The notes below the pieces were generated by a model. The model had not been told where the DNA came from and did no database searches. It saw nothing but the letters and a program-made list of their open reading frames with translations. A DNA stretch of 64,000 bases from contig CAXXUA010000004.1 of NCBI GenBank assembly GCA_963663765.2, positions 672,001 to 736,000 on the forward strand, read 5' to 3'. This document shows positions 52,716 to 63,382 of the stretch, one piece after another; the first letter of the stretch is position 1, and every line of letters starts with the position of its first letter. Source of the DNA: Candidatus Poribacteria bacterium. GTDB lineage: Bacteria; Poribacteria; WGA-4E; WGA-3G. Made by a program: the position numbers and the translations under genes.

Positions 52716-52832
52716 ATAATATGAACTTTGTTATTGCACAAAAACAGAGTTGCTACCTAAAAATTATAAACGTATCTTAACTGACAATTGTTTGAAGATA
52801 CCAATAAATATGGTTTTATTTTGAGAGTACAA

Positions 52833-53055
52833 ATGCCAGTAAATTGGAGTGATCACATAGTAAACATACCAGAAATACTACGAGGTAAACTTCGTATTAA
52901 AGGCACGAAAATTCCAGTATGTCTCATTCTTGGTTACTTTGCTGCGGGTATACCACAGAAGAAATCATTGTTGAATTTCCCGATCTGAAAATAAGCAGAT
53001 TCATGCTTGCCTTGATTATACACGCGAGTTAGTTGACAAAGATCTTAATATGTAA
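52833..53055 (+). pseudogene. DUF433 antitoxin-like pseudogene
   Basis: PEILRGKLRIKGTKIPV..IL..FAAG / TTEEIIVEFPDL / QIHACLDY across two frameshifts. Confidence 0.8.
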
Positions 53056-53078
53056 ACACGTCCTAAGGAGATGAACTT

Positions 53079-53858
53079 ATGCTTTTCCGTTTGGTTGCTG
53101 GATGCTGTATTTTGACCCTCGTTTTGACCGTAATAACTGTAGAAACCGCTGAAATTGCCGTTGTTGACTTTGCTGACGAATGGACAAAGGTTGACGCATT
53201 GCGTCAAACCCTGGATGAATTAGATGTTGAGTATGATGATCTAACAAATGCGCTTGAAGGTGGGCAGCTACATTTTGAAGCAGATAATAAAATTTTCTTA
53301 ATCGGTAGCATGACGACCAACAATGCTGTCCTTCACCAAAACATCGATAAAAATGCAATAGCGATTCAAGATTTCGTAAAAAATGGTGGTATCGTCTGGG
53401 AGCCTTCCCAAGCTGATCAGAACGAAGCGAATGTGGATTGGTTACCCCCTGAATTGAGTTGTGTTCGGAGCGACCGTGATAGCACAGATTTTGAAATACT
53501 GGCAGCGGACCATCAGCTCTTTAACAAACCAAACCTTATGGATGCGGAATCGTTTAAAGATTGGGGGTTTGGAGGTTGGCCTACTGTTTGGGAAGTCATC
53601 GCTTCTCAAAACGGATTTAACGTGCTGATGGACAGTTCGGGAGATCCTGTCATCATGGAAGCAATTTACGGAAAAGGTAAGTTCCTGATGATGGCAATTG
53701 CACCCGATAAATATCATATCGTAGGTAACGATGACAATACGAAAGATATGGCAAAACTTTTCATGGAGAATTTACTGAACTATGTTGAAGAATATGCCGC
53801 TGTTGAAGCAGATGGTAAGCTCACAACGAAGTGGGCGAATTTGAAAATGTTATACTGA
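53079..53858 (+). CDS. Secreted protein, class I GATase-like fold, with AVEADGKLTTKW C-terminal motif
   Basis: Signal peptide, DFVKNGG, YGKGKF, lineage-type terminal motif. Confidence 0.7.
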   Translation: MLFRLVAGCCILTLVLTVITVETAEIAVVDFADEWTKVDALRQTLDELDVEYDDLTNALEGGQLHFEADNKIFLIGSMTTNNAVLHQNIDKNAIAIQDFVKNGGIVWEPSQADQNEANVDWLPPELSCVRSDRDSTDFEILAADHQLFNKPNLMDAESFKDWGFGGWPTVWEVIASQNGFNVLMDSSGDPVIMEAIYGKGKFLMMAIAPDKYHIVGNDDNTKDMAKLFMENLLNYVEEYAAVEADGKLTTKWANLKMLY

Positions 53859-54022
53859 TTAGAAAAACAGATTCATGCTTGCCTTGATTATGTAAGCGAC
53901 TTAGCAAAATTTGAGGAAATCCCATAATATTCCTTTACTGTTCAGAATTTGATCATGCTATGGATAAACACTGTGCTACTGGAAGTTTGTTCATTCATTC
54001 TCTACAAGATTTGGAAAATTAA

Positions 54023-54690
54023 ATGAACTACGTCATCTGCACAACACCCCGCACACGCAGCACCGTTTTATGTGATTTGTTGGTTTCATCCGATGTAGCA
54101 GGATATCTGTAGCAGGATATCCGAGAGAATATCACGAAGAACACGAATCGCTAAAAGACTTGGATATAACCGATCCGGCAACATATCAAAAATTCGTATC
54201 CGTTTCCACTTCACCGAATGGGGTTTGTGGTATACAGGTCATGGCCACAGAAAAGCATATCGTTGAAAAATTTATAGATTTTAAAAACGTAAAATGTATC
54301 TGGATCCGCAGAGAGAACAAAATAAAACAATCTATCTCCCTTTTGAAAGCGCACAAACGTAATTGCTTTTACGAGACAGATAAAACTCGGAAAAATGACG
54401 ATCTCAATCAAATCAAAATTACGCGTGATGAGATCACATACAGCAAATTTGAATTGACTGCACAGGATATGTCCTGGAGATATTACTTTCAAGAAAACAA
54501 GATTATCCCTCTAACAATTTGGTAAAAAAACTTAGAAACAGATACACAGCAAAAGGAAATCCTCAAGAAAGTTTTGGATTTTCTTGGTATCTCCGACACG
54601 CCGAGTGAACCTAAAGTTTGGGTTACACGGCAGGACACGGAATGGGATCAGGTATTATATAACCAAACCGTGGAATCCTATCGGCTATGA
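54023..54690 (+). pseudogene. Stf0-family sulfotransferase pseudogene
   Basis: YVICTTPRTRSTVLCDLL...AGYPREY, RRENKIKQSIS. 14-bp tandem duplication at 54094-54121 and a TAA at 54523. Confidence 0.75.
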
Positions 54691-54837
54691 ATCACTACTT
54701 ACCCAAGTTGTTACACTCTACCTTCGTTTATGGGTGGAGTTGATTTGGCAGAATACCACACGCGTATTCTATATGATAGAATCAGTCAGTGTTCAAACAT
54801 AGTCTACATAAAAATTGACTATACTTATTGCACCCAT

Positions 54838-55275
54838 TTATGGTGTAATAGTCATATCTATTCTTTTATGCCTTCTATAGAATTCTATGAAGTTTCCATC
54901 AAAGTTTATATCAATATTGTAGTTCATGAGAATATCAAGTCCAATAACTCCATCTATAAACATGTTATCAAAATGTTCATTACATAGAACTTTATGGTTT
55001 TTATATTGTGATCCAGCAAAATCAATCTGTTTAACTGAAATTATTGATAATGGTTGTGTTCCGCCGGCAGTTTCAAAATCTTGGGTGATACCAGATTGTA
55101 GTAGATCATATCCTAATTCTATTGCTAAATTTTTGCTAATACCACTAATTGTTGCACCAGTGTCTAAAATAAGTTTTATGTCTCTATAATTAGAATCAGG
55201 AATTCCATGTATCTTACATCTAATTGTGATCTGCCCATTTCTAAATTCAAAAAGTGTTTTGTAATCAGGGACCAC
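54838..55275 (-). CDS. Retropepsin-like (clan AA) aspartic protease
   Basis: ILDTGAT, ETAGG, GVIGLD. Confidence 0.85.
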   Translation of the reverse strand: MVPDYKTLFEFRNGQITIRCKIHGIPDSNYRDIKLILDTGATISGISKNLAIELGYDLLQSGITQDFETAGGTQPLSIISVKQIDFAGSQYKNHKVLCNEHFDNMFIDGVIGLDILMNYNIDINFDGNFIEFYRRHKRIDMTITP

Positions 55276-55343
55276 AATAATGTCCTTCTTTAAAGCAAAC
55301 CCTTATTGCACTCTTTATGTTGCAACAAGGGTTTGTGCTTGAA

Positions 55344-55610
55344 TTATTTAGAGTTCTTCGGTTTATATGAAGTTATCCTATGTGTCCGTTTATATTTTGG
55401 ACTTGTCCATTCACCTGTGAACCTTATAGCTGCACCACCAATAAATTCTTTTGAAACTTTATGAATATCATCACGTGACGGACTATGGACTTGAACGATA
55501 CCAGATATAAGTTCATTCGTTTCCTCACAGATAGCAGGTTCAATGATGAACAACCATTGGTTAGGATATTTCTCTATCATTTTCTGTGTTGTCAAACGCT
55601 CACGTGCCAT
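55344..55610 (-). CDS. Small protein upstream of the aspartic protease (DUF5678-like)
   Basis: EKYPNQWL...G.V..HSPSRD...FTG. Confidence 0.6.
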   Translation of the reverse strand: MARERLTTQKMIEKYPNQWLFIIEPAICEETNELISGIVQVHSPSRDDIHKVSKEFIGGAAIRFTGEWTSPKYKRTHRITSYKPKNSK

Positions 55611-55729
55611 TTAATTGAGTCTCCTATTGTGGGTTTTGTGATTATAGTTTGTCCGATTATAGACAATGGTGTTATATTTTAATATTATGCCTTATTCTGT
55701 AGGTAGAGTCAAACCTTTTTTGAGAAATG

Positions 55730-56060
55730 CAGGGTTATTCAGTTTTAAGTATCTATCGTTATGCCAGTTAACTTTGGGTTAAGATTAGTAATGATATAGG
55801 ATTTTTATGGTATTCTTGATTTTGGTCTGAAATAGGATTTTCAGGATGAGTAGATTATCAAGATATTTCTCATCAGACCCTATTTCAAAAGAGGGCATAA
55901 ACACATATCAAAAACCCTTGACGAGGTAAATCCTGAAAATCTGGTAATCCTGAAAATCCTGGTTCAGACATAGAATGGGTTAACTCCAAAAAGTAAGCTA
56001 ACTCAAGGATTTACAACTGTGATAGAATTTACTCAATAAATTGAAAACTGAATCACCCTG
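55730..56060. mobile_element. 331-bp MITE with 9-bp target duplication
   Basis: IRs CAGGGTTATTCAGTTTT / AAAACTGAATCACCCTG. TGAGAAATG at 55721-29 and 56061-69. Internal ATCCTGAAAATC repeats. Confidence 0.85.
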
Positions 56061-56237
56061 TGAGAAATGAACCGTACTTGCATTTCTTGTCTTGTTATGG
56101 TAAACTCCGTTATTGAAGACATCAGTAGGTGCGGTTTTATTTGGAGAATACAAATGCCAGTAAATTGGAGAGATCACATTGTTAGCACACCAGAAATATT
56201 ACAATGAAATTATTCAACTCGAAAAGGAGACTTAGCA

Positions 56238-57260
56238 GTGAAACCTGATGTTGCTTTCTATTATCCCGGACAATATTGGCACGACACAGATTGGGCAAAA
56301 AATCTGATCTGCTTTTTTGATGGAATTGCAATGTTAATTCCTACCTACATGAAGGATCATTCTTCATTTGATGATTACCCAATTATTTCTGCACTTAAGG
56401 ATCATGGACTGTTTCATGTGATTCGTCCAGAAGAAGCAATTGATGCAGAGGCAACCAAGGCATTAGCAGAAGCACTTGGCGAAATAATAGCCTCTGGCAG
56501 ATTAGACCATCTGACTAAACGAAATAATGTAGACATTAGAAATTCTGCTTTTGGATCTTTATCAATGTCAAGACTTGGATTTTACGGTGATCGGAACCTC
56601 GCGGAATTAATTTTGCAAGAACTAAAATCTCGAGGGTTAGCAGATGATTCTAAGGATGGTGTCTCCATTCCGATGCATGCAACCGTAAGGGCATTGATTC
56701 TAGTTTTGCTTGCTCAGATTCTCAGACCCAAAGGTGAAGATATTGGTTTGACGCTTTCTCCTGCGACTGACCAAGCGCAACTTGTTAATGCCTTAAGTGA
56801 AATTATTTCAGAACCTGAATCTTCATCGTCAACTGTTGGTGATATTGTTTCATTTGACATGGCTATGGTGGGTGTTGAATTAGGAATAATTCCAGTGGAT
56901 GAAATCTTAGATTTTCGCCAGCAAAACTATTCCCAGCATCGAAACTATATTCTATCGGTTCACCAATTTGCGCGCGAACTTAGTCTTATGCAGCAAGATG
57001 AACGTGAAACAAAGTTTGAACAACGTCAAGAAGAACTGAAGGACCTTTCTCAGGAATTGAAAAAGATATATCGTGGTTCTTGGAAACAACCTACTTCTTT
57101 TGGGATCACTTTAGTAGGTGCAGCATGGACTATGTATAGTGGAGTTCTTATTGGTGCTGCTATCTCAAGTATTGGGGCATTGATGGGAATACTGTCTGTA
57201 AAACCAAACAAGGTTGATGTCTATTCCTACCTGTTCTCGGCAAAAGAAAGATTCTTGTAG
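56238..57260 (+). CDS. Hypothetical protein with hydrophobic C-terminal hairpin (DUF6236-like)
   Basis: AFYYP...W.K..ICFFDGI N-terminus, IPVDEILDFR, Gly-rich TM-like end. Confidence 0.6.
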   Translation: MKPDVAFYYPGQYWHDTDWAKNLICFFDGIAMLIPTYMKDHSSFDDYPIISALKDHGLFHVIRPEEAIDAEATKALAEALGEIIASGRLDHLTKRNNVDIRNSAFGSLSMSRLGFYGDRNLAELILQELKSRGLADDSKDGVSIPMHATVRALILVLLAQILRPKGEDIGLTLSPATDQAQLVNALSEIISEPESSSSTVGDIVSFDMAMVGVELGIIPVDEILDFRQQNYSQHRNYILSVHQFARELSLMQQDERETKFEQRQEELKDLSQELKKIYRGSWKQPTSFGITLVGAAWTMYSGVLIGAAISSIGALMGILSVKPNKVDVYSYLFSAKERFL

Positions 57261-57334
57261 AATAACTGTTAACATTTATTATTTGCTAGGTGCTTATGTA
57301 CTATAGTTGAACATAAAGGAAATACAACTAAATC

Positions 57335-58567
57335 ATGAGAGACAATTATCTATTTTCAAAAATAGACTGGTCCTCTGCTGAGCAACATCAACGTGCACAA
57401 TTGAAAGAAGAGATTTCCAATTTAATTAAGAACCAGTTACTTAATACTCCGATAGATGAACTTTGCGCGCATTTCGTTGAAAAATATCGCGTAAATATTC
57501 CAATTCTCAAAAAGGATGAAATTCTGGTAGAATCACCGCGTGAAATACAAATTGATATTTACCAAGACCCAATGCGCGGGGCTTTTGGTCGAGATAAGCC
57601 ATATTTTATTACGGGAACTGAGGTCGAAATAAACGTGCCATTCATTGGTGATGCAGAAGCATTTAAGATTAAACCAACAATATATTCATTTTCTCCACAA
57701 AGTGGAATTATCAGAGATACAACTCTCGTTATTTCTATTAGTGGCATAGATCTTGAAGCCGAACAAGTGAGTCAAGAAATTAATAACGCACTGGACAAGA
57801 TTGATGATGTCCTAACTACTCTTCGTAATAAGGCAGATAGTCTGAATAGTCAACTTGATTCAATTACCCGCCATTGTATAACACAACGTCGGGACAAACT
57901 CATTGCTGATCAGAAACTGGTAGAATCGCTTGGTTTCAAACTTAAAGAACGTCCCGATTCCCCCAAAACTTATGTAGCACCAGAAGTACGTCGCAAAATA
58001 AGACCGAAACTACCCGATCCAAGTACATCCCAAGACAAATTAGAATTAATCCTTGCTGAAACAGACTATGAACATATTCTGGGTGTTATTGATAACATGG
58101 CAAAAGTCATGGAACGTAGTCCAACTGCCTTCACAACGATGGATGAAGAGTCGCTGCGATGGCACTTCTTAGTCCAACTAAATGGACACTATGAAGGTCA
58201 GGCTACTGGTGAAACTTTCAACTACGAAGGCAAGACCGATATTTTGATTCGATCCGAAGGAAGAAATATCTTCATTGCGGAATGCAAGTATTGGGATGGT
58301 CCAAAGAAACTAACAGAAACAATAAACCAAATATTGGGTTATAGTGCTTGGCGTGATACTAAAGTAGCAGTGATAATTTTCAATCGAAATAAGAATTTTA
58401 CAAAGGTATTGGAGACTATTAAATCAACGACAAATGAACATGCCAACTGTAATTGTGAGCTGGATCAACCATCGGAATCCTCTTTCCGTTTTATCTTTTC
58501 GCACCGTGATGACGTGGATAGGGAGTTAACACTAACCATAGTTGCTTTTGATGTTCCAAATGAATAA
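57335..58567 (+). CDS. Coiled-coil protein with C-terminal PD-(D/E)XK nuclease domain
   Basis: EESLR...GETFN..GKTDILI...FIAECKYW...Q..GY. Confidence 0.7.
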   Translation: MRDNYLFSKIDWSSAEQHQRAQLKEEISNLIKNQLLNTPIDELCAHFVEKYRVNIPILKKDEILVESPREIQIDIYQDPMRGAFGRDKPYFITGTEVEINVPFIGDAEAFKIKPTIYSFSPQSGIIRDTTLVISISGIDLEAEQVSQEINNALDKIDDVLTTLRNKADSLNSQLDSITRHCITQRRDKLIADQKLVESLGFKLKERPDSPKTYVAPEVRRKIRPKLPDPSTSQDKLELILAETDYEHILGVIDNMAKVMERSPTAFTTMDEESLRWHFLVQLNGHYEGQATGETFNYEGKTDILIRSEGRNIFIAECKYWDGPKKLTETINQILGYSAWRDTKVAVIIFNRNKNFTKVLETIKSTTNEHANCNCELDQPSESSFRFIFSHRDDVDRELTLTIVAFDVPNE

Positions 58568-58662
58568 TGAGAGGTACTGAAGAAGATGCAGTTATGGTAA
58601 TTATTCAATCACCAAAGCAGAATCAAAATATCTATACACATAAAATATAAGAAGAACCTAAC

Positions 58663-60705
58663 ATGCACAACACATCACAACAAAATGATTGGTTAGTTCA
58701 ACCATACACGCAACTCGCTGCAGTAGAAGAAACGGGCAATCAGGTTATTCTCGGTAATGGACTCATTCAGCGAAGGTTCGTCACAACACCAAATTTCGCA
58801 ACGGTTGATTATATCAATCAAATAACTGGCAACAGTCTGCTGCGCGGTATTAAGCCAGAAGCAGTACTGACAATTGACGGTCAGGAATATGAAGTAGGTG
58901 GTCTAAAAGGACAACCTGATTTCGCCTATCTTGATGATGGGTGGATTGCAGACTTGACCAGTGACGAAAACGCTTTTCAATTTCGAGAATATAGATTCGG
59001 TGAGGTTGAAACCCACTATCCATGGGTTCACAGACGTACGAAAACACCTTCAGTATATCCGCCAAAAGGTATAACACTGACGGTTGCGTTCTCACCGCCG
59101 CCATCCGTTGACTCCCTGCAGGTTAGTGTGCATTATGAACTATATCAAGGCATTCCGGTGTTGTCCAAGTGGATTACTGTTCGCAATGAGGGTCAAAAAT
59201 CGATTCAGATTGATGCTTTAAGTTGTGAAATTCTTGCTGTCAACGAGCAGGAAAAGCATCGGCTACATGTGGAGAGCGATTATGCATTTAGCAGAATGGA
59301 TACGACCCAGTGGGGACCTGATTCGGATTACCTAACACAAGTGGATTATCGTTATCAGATGCCGTTGTTGATGACAAGTCACTACCCCCTCGGCCCAGGG
59401 GTGCTTCTTCAACCAGGAGAGACTTTCACAAGTTTTCGCACCTTCGAAATTTTGCATGATAGTGATGACCGTGAGCGTAAAGGACTTGCACGCCGCAAAA
59501 TGTATCGGACAGTCGCGCCACAGGTTACGGAAAATCCTATTCTCATGCACGTTCGAAGTGCTGAACCGGACGCTGTCCGTTTAGCGATAGATCAGTGTGC
59601 TGAAGTTGGTTTTGAAATGGTGATTATGACCTTTGGCAGCGGTTTTAATATTGAGAGCGAAGACCCAGAATACATCGCTAAGATGAAGGAGTTAACGGAT
59701 TATGCCCATAGCAAAGACATTCAAATCGGCGGTTATACCTTGATGTGCGCTTCGCGTGGTGTCGGAGATGACTTTAACTGTATTGACCCAGAAACTGGGA
59801 ACCCCGGTAGTAAGTTTGGACAGAGTGCTTGCCTTGCGAGCAATTGGGCTGACGGTTATGTCAAACGTGTGCTGAATTTCATGGATGCAACCGGAATGGA
59901 TATTATAGAGACAGATGGTCCCTATCACGGTGATGTCTGTGCTTCAACCACGCACGCGCATCATAACGGTTTAGCAGATTCGCAGTTACGTCAGTGGGAA
60001 GCATGCGTTAATTTTTACCACGAATGTCGAAAACGCGGCATCTATATCAATTCACCAGATAATTATTACCTCAACGGTTCAAACAAATGTGGTATGGGGT
60101 ATCGCGAAACGAATTTCAGTTTGCCTCGTGAGCGGCAAATTCTTATTTCCCGTCAGAATATCTATGATGGAACATACCAAAAGACACCGAGTATGGGTTG
60201 GATGTTCGTCCCATTGGTAGAATACCATGGTGGTGGACAAGCCGCAACATTTGAACCGCTTTGTGATCATCTTGATGACTACGAAGCACACCTTGCACAG
60301 AACTTTGGTAGTGGTGTGATTGCGTGCTATCGTGGTCCACGACTTTTTGATACTGAACAAACGAAAGCAGTTGTGAAAAAATGGGTTGATTTCTTTAAAA
60401 AGTATCGCCAAATTTTAGAGTCCGACATAATACATGTTCGACGTCCAGATGGACGTTCCATTGATTGCATTCTTCACGTCAACCCACAGATCAGTCCGTG
60501 TGGACTCGCGATGCTATATAATCCCACACTCATTAGTCAACAGATCACTTTGAAGTTACCGCTTTATTATACCGGTTTATCTGAAACTGCTAAAATTCGT
60601 GAAAAAGAAGAAGAACCTAAAAAGTACAATATAGATCGAAACTACAACGTTGAAATTAAAATTTGGATGGAGGCAAAAAGCGTAAGCTATCTCGTTATAG
60701 AATAA
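58663..60705 (+). CDS. Alpha-galactosidase-like (GH36-related) glycoside hydrolase
   Basis: 680 aa. N-terminal beta-sandwich, then a TIM-barrel-like region with ACLAS.W and IETDGPY. Confidence 0.65.
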   Translation: MHNTSQQNDWLVQPYTQLAAVEETGNQVILGNGLIQRRFVTTPNFATVDYINQITGNSLLRGIKPEAVLTIDGQEYEVGGLKGQPDFAYLDDGWIADLTSDENAFQFREYRFGEVETHYPWVHRRTKTPSVYPPKGITLTVAFSPPPSVDSLQVSVHYELYQGIPVLSKWITVRNEGQKSIQIDALSCEILAVNEQEKHRLHVESDYAFSRMDTTQWGPDSDYLTQVDYRYQMPLLMTSHYPLGPGVLLQPGETFTSFRTFEILHDSDDRERKGLARRKMYRTVAPQVTENPILMHVRSAEPDAVRLAIDQCAEVGFEMVIMTFGSGFNIESEDPEYIAKMKELTDYAHSKDIQIGGYTLMCASRGVGDDFNCIDPETGNPGSKFGQSACLASNWADGYVKRVLNFMDATGMDIIETDGPYHGDVCASTTHAHHNGLADSQLRQWEACVNFYHECRKRGIYINSPDNYYLNGSNKCGMGYRETNFSLPRERQILISRQNIYDGTYQKTPSMGWMFVPLVEYHGGGQAATFEPLCDHLDDYEAHLAQNFGSGVIACYRGPRLFDTEQTKAVVKKWVDFFKKYRQILESDIIHVRRPDGRSIDCILHVNPQISPCGLAMLYNPTLISQQITLKLPLYYTGLSETAKIREKEEEPKKYNIDRNYNVEIKIWMEAKSVSYLVIE

Positions 60706-60710
60706 AGAAT

Positions 60711-61583
60711 ATGAGCATACTCGTAAATAAAAACACAAAAGTAATTGTCCAAGGTATCACTGGACGTTCAGGTCGGTTTCACACAGAGCAGTGTGTGGAC
60801 TACGGAACGCAAATTGTTGCTGGTGCTGTTCCCGGTAAAGGCGGAACTGATGTCAACGGTATCCCCGTTTTTGACACTGTAGCAGAAGGAGTCACAGAAA
60901 CCGGAGCAGACACCTCCCTAATTTTTGTTCCAGCACGTTTCAATGCTGCTGACTCCATCATGGAAGCAGCCGATGCTGGAATTAGTTTAATTATCTGCAT
61001 ATCAGAACATATCCCTGTACTTGATATGGTAAAGGCAAAAGCATATCTTCAAGGAAAGCAGACGCGGTTAATCGGTCCGAACTGCCCAGGTATTATTACA
61101 CCAGGTGAGTGCAAAATCGGTGTGATGCCTGCGTTTGCTTATTCTCCCGGAAATGTAGGTATTGTCTCTCGCAGCGGAACGCTAACCTATGAAGCAGCAT
61201 TTCAACTAAAGCAACTCAACATTGGACAGTCTACGTGCGTCGGTATCGGTGGAGACCCAGTGATAGGGACAAATTTCGTTGATGCCCTTAAACTTTTTGA
61301 GGAAGACGATAATACACATGCCGTAGTCTTAATCGGGGAGATTGGTGGTACTGCTGAAGAAAAAGCAGCACACTTCGTCAAGAACGAAATGACAAAACCA
61401 GTCGTTGGATTTATTGCTGGACAAACAGCACCTCCTGGAAAACGGATGGGACATGCTGGTGCAATCATATCAGGTGGACAAGGCACTGCATCAGATAAAA
61501 TTAAATCGCTCAAGGATGCTGGAATCGCTGTAGCACCTGATCTAACAACAATCGGAGAAACCGTCGCCCAAGTATTAACTTAA
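60711..61583 (+). CDS. sucD: Succinyl-CoA synthetase alpha subunit
   Basis: [29 protein letters not shown]. Confidence 0.97.
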   Translation: MSILVNKNTKVIVQGITGRSGRFHTEQCVDYGTQIVAGAVPGKGGTDVNGIPVFDTVAEGVTETGADTSLIFVPARFNAADSIMEAADAGISLIICISEHIPVLDMVKAKAYLQGKQTRLIGPNCPGIITPGECKIGVMPAFAYSPGNVGIVSRSGTLTYEAAFQLKQLNIGQSTCVGIGGDPVIGTNFVDALKLFEEDDNTHAVVLIGEIGGTAEEKAAHFVKNEMTKPVVGFIAGQTAPPGKRMGHAGAIISGGQGTASDKIKSLKDAGIAVAPDLTTIGETVAQVLT

Positions 61584-61597
61584 ACAGGTGTTTCATT

Positions 61598-63097
61598 ATG
61601 TCAAAAAATCCAAATGTAATTCTCATCTTCGCAGATGATCTCGGACGCGGTATGTTAAGTTGTTATGGACAGCAACATTTTGAGACACCAAACATTGACC
61701 GACTTGCAAACGAGGGTATGCGATTCAATCACGCATACGGTTGTGCATTTTGTGCACCATCTCGGGCAAGCATGTTGACTGGAATCCATGATTGCCACCA
61801 AGGTAGATGGACATATACAAAAGCTGGAATCTACAAAAGTATAAGCACCGGGGAAATGAACCCGAGTGAAATCTCGGAGTTGATTCATACAACAGGTTTA
61901 CAAGCAAGTCCGAATGATGTTTTTTTAGCACAAATCGCAGAGCAAGCCGGTTATGAAACTGGACAGATAGGGAAACTTGAATGGGGATTTGCCACAACAG
62001 CAGAGCGCATTTACAGACATGGCTGGCAGTATCATTTTGGTTATTATGACCATCAACGTTGTCACGGCTTTTATCCTCCTTTCCTTTTTGATAACGGAGA
62101 AGTAACAAACATTCAAGGGAATACGCACTCAGATTGTGGTAAACATCCAAATTCGGAATCTGCTGAGAATATGGATATTCGCAGGAATCGTCAAGGTAAA
62201 GCAGTATACTCACAGGACATTTTCAATGACAAAATCGTAGAGTTTCTACGCAACCACAAAGACAAACCTTTCTTTCTATATCACCCTTCACAGTTACCCC
62301 ATGGACCGATTTCCATCCCTGACATCCACCCAGCAGTGAAGCAGTCTTCAGAACTGACCGCGTATGAGAAAGAATACGCTTCAATGATATTAAAGCTAGA
62401 TGAAACTGTTGGAATTATCTTAGATGAACTTGAGCGACTTGGAATTGACGACAACACGATGATTGTGTTTTCATCAGATAACGGACACGAGGTATATTAT
62501 CGCCAAGAGGGAAGAACTACCGGTAGACAGAGCAGTTTGGATGGGGAACGATTGGATGACATTACATCAAAGTTCTATTCAGAAACATGCGGTGACGTAT
62601 TCAACGGTAATGACGGTATGGGTGGTTTGAAGTTTTCAAGTTGGGAAGGCGGCACTCGAGTTCCTTATCTTGTGCGTTTCCCAGGAAGTATCACTCCTAA
62701 GACTGAATCAGATCACATGTTAGCGAATTACGATTTTATGCCAACACTTGCAGAACTCCTCGGTATTGAAATGCCACAAGACAAAGATGGCGTTTCATAT
62801 TTGCCAACTTTGCTGGAACAACCTGATGCACAACAGAACCATGATTGGATTGTGTATGCCTCTCGGCTTGGTCCTGCTCTGGTCAGCTCTGATGGTTGGA
62901 AGTTGCGTTATATCAACCGCACGGACAGTTTCCAACTATATCATCTACCTAATGACTATCGTGAGGAAAACGATATTTCTTCAGAGCATCCTGATATGGT
63001 TTCGCGTCTTAGTAAATGGATGTTGAACGCTTGTGATGGCGACTATCATAACGGTACGCCCCAAGCACATTTGGCTGAAATCCCCGACAGAAACTAA
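61598..63097 (+). CDS. Formylglycine-dependent sulfatase
   Basis: PNVILIFADDLG, CAPSRASMLTG, SSDNGH, WEGGTRVP. Confidence 0.93.
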   Translation: MSKNPNVILIFADDLGRGMLSCYGQQHFETPNIDRLANEGMRFNHAYGCAFCAPSRASMLTGIHDCHQGRWTYTKAGIYKSISTGEMNPSEISELIHTTGLQASPNDVFLAQIAEQAGYETGQIGKLEWGFATTAERIYRHGWQYHFGYYDHQRCHGFYPPFLFDNGEVTNIQGNTHSDCGKHPNSESAENMDIRRNRQGKAVYSQDIFNDKIVEFLRNHKDKPFFLYHPSQLPHGPISIPDIHPAVKQSSELTAYEKEYASMILKLDETVGIILDELERLGIDDNTMIVFSSDNGHEVYYRQEGRTTGRQSSLDGERLDDITSKFYSETCGDVFNGNDGMGGLKFSSWEGGTRVPYLVRFPGSITPKTESDHMLANYDFMPTLAELLGIEMPQDKDGVSYLPTLLEQPDAQQNHDWIVYASRLGPALVSSDGWKLRYINRTDSFQLYHLPNDYREENDISSEHPDMVSRLSKWMLNACDGDYHNGTPQAHLAEIPDRN

Positions 63098-63132
63098 CCT
63101 CAATATTCTCTCAATTTCTTCTATAAATTCAA

Positions 63133-63190
63133 CAGGACTTACGTATTTTCTCTTAAAGACCTTTTGATAAGGGGGAATGCGTAAGTCCTA
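63133..63190. repeat. Short palindromic MITE-like element
   Basis: CAACAGGACTTACGTA ... TGCGTAAGTCCTATTG. Confidence 0.55.
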
Positions 63191-63382
63191 TTGAAAATAA
63201 AACGAAGCATTTAGGAATTTCACTGTTCAAGAAAAAATCTTCTATAGCTTGTGGAATGATTCGACATTTGAATGCTATGATACATATTCCACTGTTACTT
63301 GAATTACGCGAATTTATATGGTATAATACCCTATTGAATAGTGTTAACACTAAAATACTCTGAGAAAGTGTCGTAAATTATA

